The position numbers and the translations under genes were made by a program. A stretch of 63,903 bases of DNA, counting the filler, from Octopus bimaculoides (Eukaryota): assembly GCF_001194135.2 (NCBI RefSeq). It is 6 parts of 6 records of this genome, joined end to end, with 100 filler letters (N's around TTAATTAATTAA, not from the genome) between each part and the next. Parts side by side here need not be neighbours in the genome. Positions count along the whole stretch, not along the records: positions 22,962 to 40,036 come from NC_068985.1; positions 40,137 to 55,518 come from NC_068983.1; 4 more parts are not named here. One strand, written 5' to 3'. Below are positions 37,235-52,614 of the stretch, piece after piece (the first letter of the stretch is position 1; each line of letters opens with the position of its first letter). The notes beneath the pieces are model-generated. The model was not told the DNA's origin. It saw nothing but the letters and a program-made list of their open reading frames with translations, and did not search any database.

Positions 37235-40200
37235 GCACACACACACACACGCGCGCGCGCGCATACAGAAACACGGAAACACACGCACGCACAAACAAAC
37301 ACACACGTTCCACACTTACGCATACAAACGAAGATATAGACACATCCATCCATAACAGACGCACGTACAAAGTCACAAAAACTCATACAAATAGACACAC
37401 TCAAGCACGCACGTACAAGGAAACAGGTATGCACACAAATACTTACATACACATACACACACACACATACGCACATACACACACACACAAACACACATAC
37501 ACAAACACACGAGCCCGCACACACACACATGCAAACACATGAATATGCAGAATACATACATACGTACACGCACGCATGCTTACATACGTGCATACATACA
37601 CATACATGCATGTAGGCATGCATGCACACGTATGTGCATAGACAAGCACACATGCACGCTGGCGCACACACATGCGCACAAATAGGCTAACGGAACGCTC
37701 CTCCAAAAACGGATAGAGTCAACATCCATTCACAACGTTGCAAAAGCAATGAAGATCTTGGAAAAGAAAATAATAAATGAGTGGTAATTGAACCGGTGAG
37801 TGCGTTAGATATTAGGGTAGGAGGACTTTCCCCAGTCACAACAAAATTTATTTCAACTCACGAATTTACATAAAGAATCTAGCTAACCAGATACAAAAAT
37901 GAAGCATTTATTTAAAATTCCACTGGTATTGTTTTTCGCTTACAGACGAATGGCGAAAGCGGATCCCGTTGTCAAATTCAATCTACAACATTACAACATG
38001 TCTTTAAGTCCAGCTGCGAAGAGAGATCTAAAATAGATAAAGAATAAACTATAAAGAAATGAGACTTTTAAGTAGTTGGATTAAACGTATCATTGACCAG
38101 GTCGCATTTGTACGATGAATATTTAGACATGTAATAAAAATTATATATTCGTATTCAAAGTGATTATAACGGTGTGTGAGCTATTAACTGACAAGAATAG
38201 TGCTCCTTCGATGCAGTAGTCTCACTGGGAAGTGAAGCATCTCCATGGGGCTCAGCTAAAAATCCTTGCACGACAAATAAACCCCCAAAATTAGAACGGA
38301 AAGTACGCAAAGCGTTTTTCATAAATTTAGTCTCTACAAGGCCAGCGCTACAACATCCCCCAAAGTGGTGCTAAGGCGGCGAGCTGGCAGAATCGTATGT
38401 ATGCCGGATCAAATGCCTAGCTGCATTTCGTCAGTCTTTACCTTCTGAATTCAAATTCTTCCGACACCAGCTCTTCTTTTCATCCCTTCGGAGTCGATAA
38501 AATAATTACTAGTTAAACACTAAAGTAGACGTAATCGACTCACCCGCTCTGCCGAGATTACACTACTAGTGCCAAAATTTCAAAGCAATATCGTATTACA
38601 AAATTGTATTACAAACTAGCACTAAATACAATACTGATAATCAAATTTTGGTATTATTTCTTGTCCCCTGAATATTATTCTCTGGTTTAGACATAACAAT
38701 GATGCATAATCTTGAACACAAAATACTGAAGAGATATTCCGTAAGGTTTACAAATATATAGGCATCTTAGTTACGATGCGGAATATTCGAATGACGTTCA
38801 CAGTTTTAGTGGTCGCATTGTAAATGTTCTGTTACAGCTATACACTTCGGAAATGTTAAATTTTATATGAATATAGGAGTAGAAGTAACTACAATATTAG
38901 CATGTACACACAATATATTTTGAAAAAAATGACTATGAATTTAATGGTTCTGCAACAGTTAATGGACACACGCGCGCGTACACACACACGTTCACACTCA
39001 TACACAGACGCACAATGAGAAACACACAGAGACAAACACACACACATACATATATACGCATTATGCTTAAGAGGGCTTTAGAATTCTTCTCATATTAAGG
39101 GGAATCTACAGGAATTATCTTTGGCAAGTCATATGCTTAAGAATACAGAAATTGAAATTGCTTTAGCATTCAAAAGAAGAAAATTCCAAGATTTAATGTT
39201 ATAGTAACTCTACATCCACTACTACTCTATCTCCAGGCAATTATTTAAGTTTTCTGATATCCAGGATTATAATTTTTTTCTCATGCTATCTAATTGAACG
39301 CTTCCGTTATTTTCACACTTTCCAGCATTTGCTGTCGAAAATTGGATAGAAGTATTGTTGCACATGGGACAATTATTTTCAGCAACATTTCTATGAATGT
39401 GTACTAATATACATGTGTGTGTTTGTGAGTGCGTGTGTGCTTGTGTGATTTTTGCTTCCCTGTACTCTATAACGTAAATATAAAGAAACGTATATTGATG
39501 TACAATTAAACTCATACATGTAATCATATATACAAGGTTACACACATTATGTAGTTGGATAGAAAAATATGAGGGTGCGTGTGTATCAGTTTGTGTTTGT
39601 GCGTCTAGGTGTGGTTGTGCGTGTTTGTGTATGTGTGTGTGTGTTGTGTGTGTGTGAATATGTATGTGTGCCTGTGTGTGTTTTTGTGTGTCCGAATGCA
39701 TTTTTGAGTGTATAAGCAAATAATCAAATTGAAGCGCATCCAAATGTATTTTATTTTTTTTATATACATTGAAATCTGTGAATACTCAGAATGATTTAGA
39801 TCATTGGGCGTCTATCTATAATGCGTTGTATGAATAAATACGCTACGCCGTACTTTCGTGATATTAAGGACATACTAAATCAACTTACTTGAACATATAG
39901 GGGCAAAATATACGGAGAATTGGTTGTATGTCAAGATTAGAATATATATGTGGCTGAGTGCGTCTCTGCTATTTAGGATGCTGTGAATATGTGTCTCTAC
40001 AGTATATCTACAATCAAAATATATCTATGTATATATNNNNNNNNNNNNNNNNNNNNNNNNNNNNNNNNNNNNNNNNNNNNTTAATTAATTAANNNNNNNN
40101 NNNNNNNNNNNNNNNNNNNNNNNNNNNNNNNNNNNNCCCACCACACCCCAACACACTCCTACTCTACCTTCCCACTCCACCCCATCCAATTCCGTACACC

Positions 40201-41104
40201 CCCTACCCACAGACCCCTACCTCTACCCCACCCTCAGCCTAACCCACACTCCACCCATGCCTTCCCCACCTCCCAACACCCTCACATCACACCACACCAT
40301 ACCCTCGCATCACACTACAACTGACCAAGTGCTTTCTCCCTCCCCATTTTCACACTACATACGTCAAGATCACCAGCATTCTATCTCCCACACACAGCCC
40401 CTCGTTCTTCGATCACCGTTTGTTATCTCCCCCTTTTCTTAGCTCTCCTGAAAAAAGANNNNNNNNNNNNNNNNNNNNNNNNNNNNNNNNNNNNNNNNNN
40501 NNNNNNNNNNNNNNNNNNNNNNNNNNNNNNNNNNNNNNNNNNNNNNNNNNNNNNNNNNNNNNNNNNNNNNNNNNNNNNNNNNNNNNNNNNNNNNNNNNNN
40601 NNNNNNNNNNNNNNNNNNNNNNNNNNNNNNNNNNNNNNNNNNNNNNNNNNNNNNNNNNNNNNNNNNNNNNNNNNNNNNNNNNNNNNNNNNNNNNNNNNNN
40701 NNNNNNNNNNNNNNNNNNNNNNNNNNNNNNNNNNNNNNNNNNNNNNNNNNNNNNNNNNNNNNNNNNNNNNNNNNNNNNNNNNNNNNNNNNNNNNNNNNNN
40801 NNNNNNNNNNNNNNNNNNNNNNNNNNNNNNNNATGTATATGTATATATATATGTATATATATATATATGCACATACCGATAGTATGTATATGTATGTCAA
40901 ACAATGTCACCATGGAAAACAGGCGTTAAATGATGATAATAGTGATGAAATGTATACATATATATAGATAATATATAAACAACGTATTTAAAGTGTTAAT
41001 TGCTATCGATTTAGATTTTACCATGGTACAGTTCATTTTGCTGGTTGTTGTAAAACTATGCGGTGCTGAATCTAGTTCACTGTGTGCATGTGTGTGTGTG
41101 TGTG

Positions 41105-41135
<31 letters not shown>

Positions 41136-43171
41136 CTGTGTCTGTGTCTGTGTGTGTATGTGTGTTTAATATGTAATCTGACGAAGTCCTAAATCTCTAT
41201 TCGAGCATAGCTGCGTATGGTGATATCGGAAAGTTAATTTCGATGTTTCTTAGCCAACAGAAAAAACTATAATAAAATATTGACTTCCTTGTAATCATTA
41301 GAATACTAATATTGTTGTCGGCAATGGTTGAGTAATTTTTTTCCAAGTTCTAGGACTGTCAGCTAGAAGACTTTTAGAAATGGAACTGATCAATTCTGCA
41401 ATAATTAATTGAGTGAATTTGCAATGGAATTAATCTTCGATTATAGGAGAGCTGGAACGTTTCTAGTCAATTAAGTTTGTTCTGTGTTGCAGTTTTATGT
41501 TTAAAGACTCTAAAATATATTTGATAACTATTTTTAACTCACTTTTTTTGGTTTAATGAGTTTATGCCTTGCATTAGCCGTAAAATTGCTGTCCATTAAT
41601 TATATGTATGGCTTTTGTGGATTATGATATTACTCGATCCGCTATATTTATGTGGGTTGATAGGACTTTGGTCTCATCCGTGATTATATTGTATGCAGTT
41701 GGGATTTTTGTATGATTTTGCTGTTATTTAAAACTATCCAGTGTACTCTTGTCTAACTGGTTTTGTAGGCTTGTATACTGTTTCAATATATGAAAATTGA
41801 TAAATGTTCATTTAATAAGCTTTGCAAGGTGTTGGTTTAATTATCAAGTTTTGCTTTTTATGTGTTTAAGTTAAATATAATTCAAGCTATTCTTTTGTGG
41901 TAGATTTCTGATTATTTCAAAGCCAAAATTTCTTTTCTGTAAGCATGTTGTTAGTGGTCTATTGAAGAAACATGCCATCTATTTTACTCTTTTTTTCTAC
42001 GTTCTCATTTATCTCTATTAGTTGTCTAAAATAGAGTTGTATTAAAAAAAAATTTTTCTTGTTTATTTTTTTAAAAATTGCATTTTCTATTTACACTAAA
42101 ATACAGCTTAGATCTTGAATAAAGGAGTATACAGAGACGGCGAGTTTGCCATATACCATAATATGAAAAGGCATGAAGTCTCCAAACTAAGAATTACGCC
42201 AATTAGTGCTTTTAAATAAATTGATTTAAACATTTTGATACATACAAAACTTAAAATAAGAAACTTCCTATATGGATGAACGAATTTGCCTGTATTATCA
42301 CTTTTTTAAAACTTGTTTTTGCTACATAAAAAGCATTTAAAACATTTATATATATATATGACAAAGCTTGATGTACATCAATATCCATTCATCCATCCAT
42401 ATATATATATATATGTGTGTGTGTGTACAAGGTTAGGCCAAATGTCACCCGAGAGTAAATCAAAATTCCATAAATACTATCTGTAATTCTGTATTGACTC
42501 GAATGGAAAAATGTGTAAAACTCGGGAAGGACTTCAGTTTGAAAATTTTTCATGATGCTTCATATTTACATGCTTTCATTCAGTTGTTAAAAATAAATCT
42601 ACCTTGAAATTAAATGGTTTTGATTTACTGTCAGCTGACTTCTCTATGCACACATATATATATCGTCCAAAACATTTTCTAGGCGTTACCCACTATTCTC
42701 GTTTTCTTGACCCCAAGGCCGTATTTTGTTCGACTGTTTGTCCTTGTCCACGAAAAGATATAGGTTGATATGGGCGAGCTAACTCCAACCATAGCAGTTA
42801 TCTATACTTCTCTCATCAGAGTTAAGGGATTCAAAGAGTTAAAACTTTAAGAGATGTGAGAGGTTTGACAATATTTAAAAAACGAATGTTTGGTCGAACG
42901 AAACTCATTCAGATGATATAATTAAAATTAAAATTACAGGTTAAGGTACATTACGACGCTATAAAATTAATTCGTCTGAAGAGCTTTAAAAAGAAAATAG
43001 AACCTCCAGTGGCTGGATAACTGAAGAGTTGGTTGGAGCGGAACACCGCCCGGGCATCGGAAACTCGGAGTTTTATCATGGCTACTGAATAAGTGTCACA
43101 TATTTTTACAGATACATTCCTCTATTTGCATAATATCTAGGTCTCTTTCTTTCTTTTGTTGCCATTGCTGC

Positions 43172-43216
<45 letters not shown>

Positions 43217-43499
43217 CCCGAAATGTATTATGCATTGTATTATATATCCATCACGGCTGATTTTGCCAATCGGCTTTTCACAAGGAATACAATGGAGTGT
43301 TAGGTAACAATCTGATTATATAACCTTACGCTCATCAGAGTTAGCTGATATGGAAGGGATTATGGCGATTGTTCTCAATTGTCGGAGGTGAATTAACACA
43401 ACCGGTGCACGAACACACTTTCATATAGGTACATAAATACATGAATACATACCTATATATACATGTGTGTGGATGCTGTTAATCACTAATGATTTTCAT

Positions 43500-44640
43500 T
43501 GCTTTCATAATCTGTAACCATCATCCTTCAGACACTTCTTTACCAAAACTATTCCATTTTTTGCCATTGCGATCAGGGATTTCATTATGAAGCCATGAAG
43601 TTACATCATTGACCTCTTGTACAATGTTGATATTACGACATCATACAAACTAGTGAATCGGTCTTGCATTAGGTTCTGATAAAAATGTGAGTATTGTTCC
43701 CTAACCATCGATGTAATCATCTAAATACGATGCCTTTGTTATTTTCTTTTGTATCTCAGTGTCACTACATCCATCTTTTGATATTGTACTGTCAAGGCAT
43801 AACACGTCTAGCACAGCTTTCAAATTAATGAAATTACTTTGATAATGTCTTTCTATGTTGATATACAAGTCGGTTTGAATGGCACTTTAATTTCATGTTT
43901 ACTTTAAAACCTTCTTAGGTGTAATGCGGAATCCACGATCTTCTGTGTGTGATGTGATTTATGAGCAACTAGCATGCCATCATCTACATGTAGTGGTTTG
44001 CTAACAAGGGCATGGATATTTCTCATTTCTCTTCAATAAAGGGTGATATTGGAGAGGTCTTAAGTTTGATTAAACTGTAGCTTCCGTCCTTAAGATTACG
44101 AAAATCTTCTCCAGTACTGCTGCATGAATTCTGAAAATGTCAATATACTTGCATATTTAACAGCGTTTGCTACACCAAATTCGTCCAGTGTTTCCTGCAT
44201 TCTTTACTCTCACCAAAAGTATCAATCTCTCTGGATTATAATATTTTTGACATAAGCAGGCATGGGCCAGACCTACCCACACTACTGCATGTCTTTGTAT
44301 GGTCAACATTTATCATGCGCAGGGAGCTGTCTTTTTCTGTGCATTTCTCTTGGATGTGACAGGGACAGTAAATCATGTCTACAATACGATAATTTGATCA
44401 GAAACAATTTTGTGTCTCTGGTGCTATTTTAAGAAGTTCATTGGTAGCTAATTCCATTATCTTTCCATATTTCAACAAAAATTCTACCTCTACAAGGTGC
44501 TCTGCCATTCGAGAGAAAGAGGCTTCCCCCAAACAATGGTTCTTCTGTTGCTATTTCATCGAGGACTGATCTGACAATACACTGTTAGATCTTAGCAAGT
44601 TTCACAGTGTCTATGTGACCAGGCACATTGAACCGTTAAT
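43500..44640 (-). mobile_element. Highly decayed RTE-clade LINE RT remnant
   Basis: KPLHVDDGMLVAH (compare LLYADDCALVAH) near 43960-44000 and LKAVLDVLCLDSTISKDGCSDTEIQKKITKAS (compare LKAVDKFTYLGSTLS..DDE..RIAKAS). Confidence 0.6.
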
Positions 44641-44699
44641 AAGAGGGTTCAGTCCGTTTATTCAATACTTTATTATCTGAAAGCACTTTATCTGAAATT

Positions 44700-44875
44700 T
44701 TGCGGGAGGAGGTCAGACGATTACATCAACCCCAGTGCGTAACTGGTACTCATTTCATCGACCCCGAAAGGATGGAAGGCGAAGTATACCTCGACGGAAA
44801 TTGATCTCGGAACGTAAAGACGGACGAAATGCCGCTAAGCATTTTACCCGGTGTACTAACGATTTTGCCAGCTAA
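44700..44875 (-). mobile_element. SINE family A copy
   Basis: ACCCCGAAAGGATGGAAGGCGAAGTATACCTCG..GACGAAATGCCGCTAAGC. Confidence 0.75.
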
Positions 44876-45094
44876 CAAACCCTATCGCATACCAATGTTT
44901 GGAACATGACCGCATCCACATTTTCTCGCGTTCGGTTCTCTGATTGAATATATATTATTCATTATTACTAATTCAAACTCATTACTTATATGTAGCAAAA
45001 ATTCCTCATCGAAGTTACAGCTACTAACATTGTTTTCCCGTAACAACAGGTCGGTTTCTACAAGGCTTTCCAAATTTTGGCATTGGGGTCTCTC

Positions 45095-45160
<66 letters not shown>

Positions 45161-47610
45161 ACTCTCTCACTCTCATAGTAGTTTGTCAGTGTGAAGGATG
45201 TTGCGTAATGTATATATTACCTTTAGTGCTTTCCCTGAGATTTGTCCCATTTAGAGCATATATACTAATTATGAATGTATTCTCATCCCGTCCTGGTGTT
45301 ATCATGGATAAACGTAATTATCTAAGCTTCTTTATAGCGAATCCACCAACCAGTTCTCTGCGTTCACTTTCAGCTTACTACACTCGAAAATGTGTATTTC
45401 ATATCGGTGATATTACGATAAATAACGTTTCGTATAAAACTACAGAATCAAAACAAAATTTCTTAAGTCCTGTTTCTACCTATATAGAGAGTCATTATGT
45501 TGTTATGATAGACACATTAAAAACTAATCTTGACCCACGTTTTCCTAAATATTAGATTTTAAATTCCTTGGAGAATAAATCAGAATAAGTAATTATTAAC
45601 TTTGCATTCAGTATATATCTATATATCTCTGGATATTACATGACTAAATACACAGAAGCCCACATTATATATATATATATATATATATACTTATACAAAT
45701 ACATACACATATAATATACATGCATAAATTCATAAATACATATATCCATGTAAGTGTGTGTGTGTGTGTGTGTGTATGGGTGTGTATCAATGTGTGTATG
45801 TTTGTGCATGATTATAGTCGATAGCACACTAGCCATAAAACCTCTTCTAATAAGTAGAGTAATACAAGGTACTACTTTTCTTGGACAACCATTAATCAAC
45901 TTTGAACTATCAGATATGGCTGAATAAGATCAAACAGTCAGTTATTCAGACAGTACTGAAATATTACTCAACACATAAATAGTAAAAAACTTTTTCAAAT
46001 CTTCTTTATGCTATATATAACTAAACATGGAATATATTAGGAAGAGTAACTCATCAATGCTTTCTTTATGCTATGAGACGGTGTCCTTCAACAAAATATC
46101 GTATATGGCTCCGAACATGGAAAAAGCATATTATAGTCTGTCAAAAGCTTTAGGAATTATAACGGCCACTGATGAATCCTTGCCAACCACATTGACTCCC
46201 TCTCCTTGTCTTTCTCTCTCCTCTCTTTCTCCCCTTCTTTCTTTCTCTCCCTCTCTCTTTCTCTCTTTTGAAATCGGAATGGATATATCTAGAGAAATGT
46301 CTTGAGAAAATCATTAGTTATGATCTGAATTGATTAGTATTCATAACTCTGCTCTCAAATAGTCCCAATATAATACAAATAATAGAAAGTTTGAGTAACT
46401 TTAAAAATAATATATAAACTCAATGAACAGAAACATGATCATGTCCTAACACGCAACATTTTGTTCTGATTTAGAGCAAAGTTATAATTTGTATCCCTGA
46501 ATTTTGTTACTTAGAGGTCGCCTTTAAAACAGCCCAGTTTGATATGTGCCACAAGCTTTTGTAGACTGAAGTATATCTAGAAGTGAGAATGGAACAAGTT
46601 TCTGAGAATTTCATTTCAATGTAATGGCAGCTTGAATCTAAAATTTGGTATCAACGATATTAGAGATTACAATGGTTGTAGATTTAGGTGCATCTAGTTG
46701 ATTTGGACAGTGATAATACACAATTTATTAGCCCAGAGACTGGAACCATCATTGTGACAGTAGAAGAGACAAAGGTAGGATTTATCAGCCAGATTGACAA
46801 TTTTCTTCAGTTTCGAATGTCTGTGTGTGCATAACTGATATATGAACAGTACACAAATATAAGTCGCTTAATACAGTCAACTAAAATGTATGAATTGACA
46901 TAAAGTATATAAAAACTTGAATTAACATAAATATATTTAAATAGTCGTAGGAAATATTGTTAATCCTCAAACAGTTTCGTCAGCAAATAACTGCGGGAAA
47001 TTCTGACTTACGATTGTTCAGCTGTTCGAATGATTACTTAGACAAATCAAAAGATACAATCTAAATAATGAAAATCAGTAATGAATACAGAGTATTATCG
47101 ATTACATTGAGAGGAAAAAAAATCAGAAAGGGGCAGTTTTTCTTAATTTAGAGACACAATTCCTCTTTAAATAAGCAACACTGGATTAACTCCAACAAAT
47201 GACCCGAACAATATGCAGAACAATTAAACACGTATATATGTATGTATGCATGTTTTCATGCATACATATGATAGCTATTCCATACTGAGCAATCCTTGTA
47301 GCATAAATCCATGATAGTGTGTAAATTGGTAGAATCTTCAGAGTCACTCAACTTAACGTAGCTATGGCACCAAACATGTGTGAATTATGAATTTGCAGTA
47401 GTGAACCAATTTACAACGTCGAGTGGCACTAAAAAATATACTTTTCTACACACTGTTATGGATATATATATATTTGAGGAAATATGTTTATGAAAAAAAA
47501 AACAGATATATAATAACGTAATAAATTTATTTATAAAAAAATTGCTATCAGGATAAAAATGAACCTTCTTTTCTATAATATTATTTTATAAAGCCAACAG
47601 CTGCTTCTAT

Positions 47611-48070
47611 ATGAGATCTAAATCATCTACTGGCTTGGATCAAGTACTCTTGGTTCATTTGGGACATTACTCTAATAATGGCAGCTTTCAAAGTATCATT
47701 GGTGTTGTGGGCGTCTTCATTGACCGCATTCTCAACAACGTTCCATATGTGGTAGTCCAATGGGCTGAGATCTGCAGAATTAGGAGTCTAAATATTAGGG
47801 GCTATGTGATCATGAAACTTTTCAACCATCCATTCCAATGTTTCTGGAGCCATGTGTGATAGTCCAGAGTCTTCCTGAAAGACATATAGCCTTCCATTGC
47901 ATACACTGTCTTGACAATTATTTCCATGACCTCAATGTAGGTGGCAGAGTTAACTCTGAGGCATTGTGGAAAGAAGTAAGGAAGCATCACATGTCCTTGA
48001 TTGCTGACAACCCTTAAAATCATGACAGTTGCAGGAAATAACACTTGGAACTTCAGAAGAGTCTACACAT
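47611..48070 (-). mobile_element. Tc1/mariner-superfamily transposase catalytic-domain fragment
   Basis: FPATVMILRVVSNQGHVMLPYFFPQCLRVNSATYIEVME; in another frame PPNI*TPNSADLSPLDYHIW. Confidence 0.8.
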
Positions 48071-48087
48071 AACCACCTGTCATTTCT

Positions 48088-48395
48088 TCAGTTAATGTTT
48101 TGATGAACTTGATTGAAATATTTCTCGTTTGAGGAAAAACATTTCTTTTGGCCAAATTCCAAGCCTATATCAGCTGAAAATATTAATTCCAGTTGTTTTC
48201 TGGCATTGTTAACACTTTTAGCATAAATCTTCTGGTCGTCTACAAAGAAATTATGAGTTACATTGATATTTCTAGCAGTTGAAAACCCAAGCATATAACC
48301 ATTTGATTTCTGCAGTAGGAACGATAATGGATTTTGTGCGAAAATGAAAAGTACAGAAAGATTATCTCCCTGGAATATTCCCTTTGAAATACATA
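48088..48395 (-). mobile_element. Non-LTR RT core fragment (R4/Dong-like)
   Basis: GIFQGDNLS..NPLSFLL..THNFFVDDQKIYAK..FSADIGLEFGQKKC. Confidence 0.75.
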
Positions 48396-48583
48396 CATAC
48401 ATGTATGTATGTATGTATGTATGTATGTATGTATGTTTAATTTTAATCCAAATAATTATCTATTTACACTAGAGTTTCTCTTTTACAATTTTTTCTGTTT
48501 ATTTTTTTGTTTTCTGCTTACCCTTCTGCTTCTTCTCCTTTTCTGCAGCATATTTTTATTGTTATTATTATTATTATTATTAT

Positions 48584-48642
<59 letters not shown>

Positions 48643-49035
48643 AAACCCCGCCGAGGTCTAAATGGTACATGGTGACTGCTTGTCTGATTATTTTAATATT
48701 TACAATGTTCATTTGATAAGAGGTAGTATCATAGATATTTATATAAGTATAGCACTGCAGAGACACAAAATTAAATTAAAACAAGTAATTATTTATCTAT
48801 TTTAAAAAATTACTCATTTTCTCTCGTTAAATAATAGTATATCTCTCTGTCTTTATCTCTTCTCTCTCTCTTCTTCTCTTTCTCTCTCTCTTCTTCTCTT
48901 TCTTTCTCTCTCTCTCTCACTCACACTCTCTCTATATATATCTCTTTCTTTCTTTCCGTCTTATTTGTTCAACTTTAGTTCTTATTTTTAAAAAATGAGA
49001 TACGAAGAACATATGGTGGCTGCCTGTCTGAACAT

Positions 49036-49078
<43 letters not shown>

Positions 49079-50630
49079 GTCTTAGCTGTCAGTATGATAA
49101 CTGGCAATATTATAGCATTTAAAAAAATTTAAGTAAAACTCCACAGAAGCGCAGGATTAAATTGTGACAACATTATTTATGCATCTATTCATATTAGACT
49201 GTCCCGTATAGAAAATGTCTGTTGAATAGTAATATGACACCTCATCCTCTAAGTTAACATATATGACCAACCACAATTACTTCAAGACTTCATCTCTCGA
49301 ATCTGCCTTCTACCTCGTCGATATGACATTATATTAAATATACTGGAACTATTATCATTACCTCTGTTATTCCATCTTAGGGCTCTGTTTCCTATCTTGA
49401 TTATATGCCATTATATGAACATATATGACCAGTCACTAGCTCCTCAATTTACTCGCAAAATCGATCTTAATGCATTTACGAATGTTTTTCTTTATATTTT
49501 GTTATGCTGCTTCCCTTTTTCAATCGTTTGAATACTCGGTAAAATATAACTTTCAATAGTAATTGAAGATATTTCAGCTTCATAAATACAAACTGTTACC
49601 AATTAACACACAAATACTATCACAGATATTTACTTATGGGCAACACCGTTGACACATAAAATCAAATTAAAGCATTCGTTATTTATATAAACTAACTTCC
49701 TTTTCTCTCAAACGAATAAAATCTTTCTTTCTCTATCTATCTTTCTTTCACCACCCGCCATTATCCAATTACTGTAGCTATCCTTACGTCACAAGATGCC
49801 ATTACATCAAGTATTCCAACTATTCTGACAGGTATGAACGCCTAAATGTCATTACTCCAATTATTTCAAGAGCTCTGAAAATGTATGATAGCGAAGGGAT
49901 TGCTATGTGATTGCTTGTACGGTCCTAGCCAAAGTGAATTGAAACGTGACTTTTTGTAAAAGCTCTGAACATAAAGAACGGTGACTAGGAATAAAATACT
50001 GGAGATTATCGTGATAACAAATGACAGTGGTATCGTTATCAAGACGGGTAAATTTTAAAGGACATACTGAGCAACACTAATGGGAAACAAATTAAGTTAC
50101 TTGGAGTTAGGAAAGCCAAAGAGCCTAATCTTCTGCATTAAGAAAATTATATAATTGGTCCGTTACAGGATCAACTAGAATGCACGTCAGATAGATTTCA
50201 TGCTCACCAGGTAACAGGATAACTGGTTGTGAATAACCAGCAGCTCCTGAGTTAGACTGAAAAATGGAACCAGAGTGGTTGAGCGAGGCTTCACGGAGAG
50301 TAGATTAATCGTATGTTTACATTCTTGGTGGCTGAGACATGTGATTTAAACAGGGGATCTTTATTTCTCAAGAACTATAGACCGAGGACATGACTGAAAT
50401 TTTCTTTACAATTTAATTCTCATCCTTACATTGGCTTTCTAGTTTAAACATACAAACATACATGTGTACATATATACATACACACACACATACATATATA
50501 CATGCATACATACATATATACGCACATATGGATAGACAGATATATAGATAGGTAGATAAATAGACAGGTATACATAATCATGTACGTGTACATATATATA
50601 TATATATATATAAACACATATATATACATT

Positions 50631-50685
<55 letters not shown>

Positions 50686-50714
50686 ATGTGGGCATGTGTG
50701 TGCATGTGTGTGTG

Positions 50715-51355
50715 TATATGTGAAATAAAATGAGACAACAAATCCAAGGCTGCGTAGTATTTTCACGACATTTATAAAGAGAAAGTTAGTCTAACAGCTG
50801 TTTCGGGGAAATTCCTTCATCAGAGGCGATGTGAGATAGTTAAATAGAGGGAAATAGTAGAGTTCAATATAAGGAGTATTTTAGAAAAGGGTGGAAATAA
50901 GAAGTATAAAGAGAAATAAGAGAATAAAAGAAAAAAGAAAAATATATGTAGGATGTTATATTTGCAGTGCCATTATCCAAGGAAAGTAGTACGTAGAAGT
51001 GGTAGAAATGCTTCTTGTCCATGGTATGTAAATTTCGATAGGAGTTCATGTTTTGTCATTACAAATGAAAAGTGTGGAGACGTAGAATCCATGTGTTGTT
51101 CATTCAAAGAAGTCTATATTTTTATTTCTACTTTTATTCTCTTATTTCCCTTTATACTTCGTATTTCCACCCTTTTCCAAAATACTCCTTATAGTGAACT
51201 CTACTATTTCCCTCTATTCAACCATCTCACATCGTCTTTGATGAAGGGATATCCCTAATATCCCAGAAACAGCCGTAAGACTAACTTTCTCTTTATAAAT
51301 ATCCTGAAAATTCTAAACAGCCATGGCTTTGTTGTCTCATTTTATTTAACATATA
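50715..51355. mobile_element. Non-autonomous element (MITE/foldback type) with ~220-bp imperfect TIRs
   Basis: 50715-50930 (TATATGTGAAATAAAATGAGACAACAAA...) is the reverse complement of 51130-51355 (...TTTGTTGTCTCATTTTATTTAACATATA). The spacer is about 200 bp and non-coding. Confidence 0.85.
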
Positions 51356-51482
51356 GATGCTCATACAAGACCCGCTTTAGACTCCTCACTCATATTATTA
51401 TCGAACCGAGAGTTTAACTACGGTCCTTCCATGGCACTTACATAGCCTTACCTGTCACCTTGGGTCTTTTGGATCCCATTAC

Positions 51483-51541
<59 letters not shown>

Positions 51542-52566
51542 CATTCATAAACATTTCGATAAATGATTTGAAATGAAGATAATNNNNNNNNNNNNNNNNN
51601 NNNNNNNNNNNNNNNNNNNNNNNNNNNNNNNNNNNNNNNNNNNNNNNNNNNNNNNNNNNNNNNNNNNNNNNNNNNNNNNNNNNNNNNNNNNNNNNNNNNN
51701 NNNTATATATATAATGTACATATATATATGTATATATATATATATGTATGTTTTTTTTTTATTTTAAGTTTTTCAATAACTGCTTCTATCTCCCTTTCAC
51801 CTTGAGTTATTCTTTTTCTTCCTAACAAAGTACTAAAATCTGAAGCATTTAGACACCTTATAGTTGTTCCAACCTTTCAAACATTAAACTAATACGGCAT
51901 TCCTCATACAATGTTATTTAAATGTTGTTTATCACTTGTTGCATTTTACTTTACTAATTTATCAAGCAATTAAAGAGAAGCAGCATAACAGTATATAAAA
52001 ACATTCATAAACATTTCGATAAATGATTTGAAATGAAGATAATATTGGTTATCAACACACTATTAGATAACTCGTCATACGTTCATATATTCAATTTTTA
52101 TGCACAGAATATGAGTCATTCAACTTTTTACACGCAAAGATACCGCTTGGTGTGTTCTCTTCAATATAATATGTATAAAACACATGAATGCTAGAAAGTT
52201 TGTTACTTTTAAGAAACTTTAAGTGTAAATGAATAAATGAATGTGTCTTATTACGCAACCAACTGTAAAGAGATTGTAAATCCTTAATTGGCAAATAATG
52301 TACTCCGCTTATGATTGGAAGATTATTATTTTTATTTTTATTATTCATCGGTTGTCCCTGTGAGGAACTCACTACTTTTGGGAAATTTTTATTGTTTAAT
52401 TTCATTGTTAATTGTTATTGTTATTTATTTTATACGCGATGTTGTGCGAAACTCTACTTGTCCCTTCTGCTGTATTGTCCCTATTTGTTTTGTGTTCGAT
52501 CCATGCGACCAAATAAGAAAACATTATTATTATTATTATTATTATTAGTAGTAGTAGTAGTATTTG

Positions 52567-52614
<48 letters not shown>

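Noticed and set aside
37944-38036. Plus-strand acceptor followed by a short open frame and AATAAA
   Set aside because: Short, with no recognisable homology and no supported upstream exon.
41200-42000. Possible second Penelope-like remnant (minus strand) and weak RT-like traces at about 22450-22750, 24750-25000 and 49900-50400
   Set aside because: Motifs are too degraded to call without a profile search.
51536-52043. Direct repeat of ~47 bp (51536 and 51996); likewise 59615 and 59658
   Set aside because: One copy ends at a gap edge in each case, so these are most likely overlapping contig ends.
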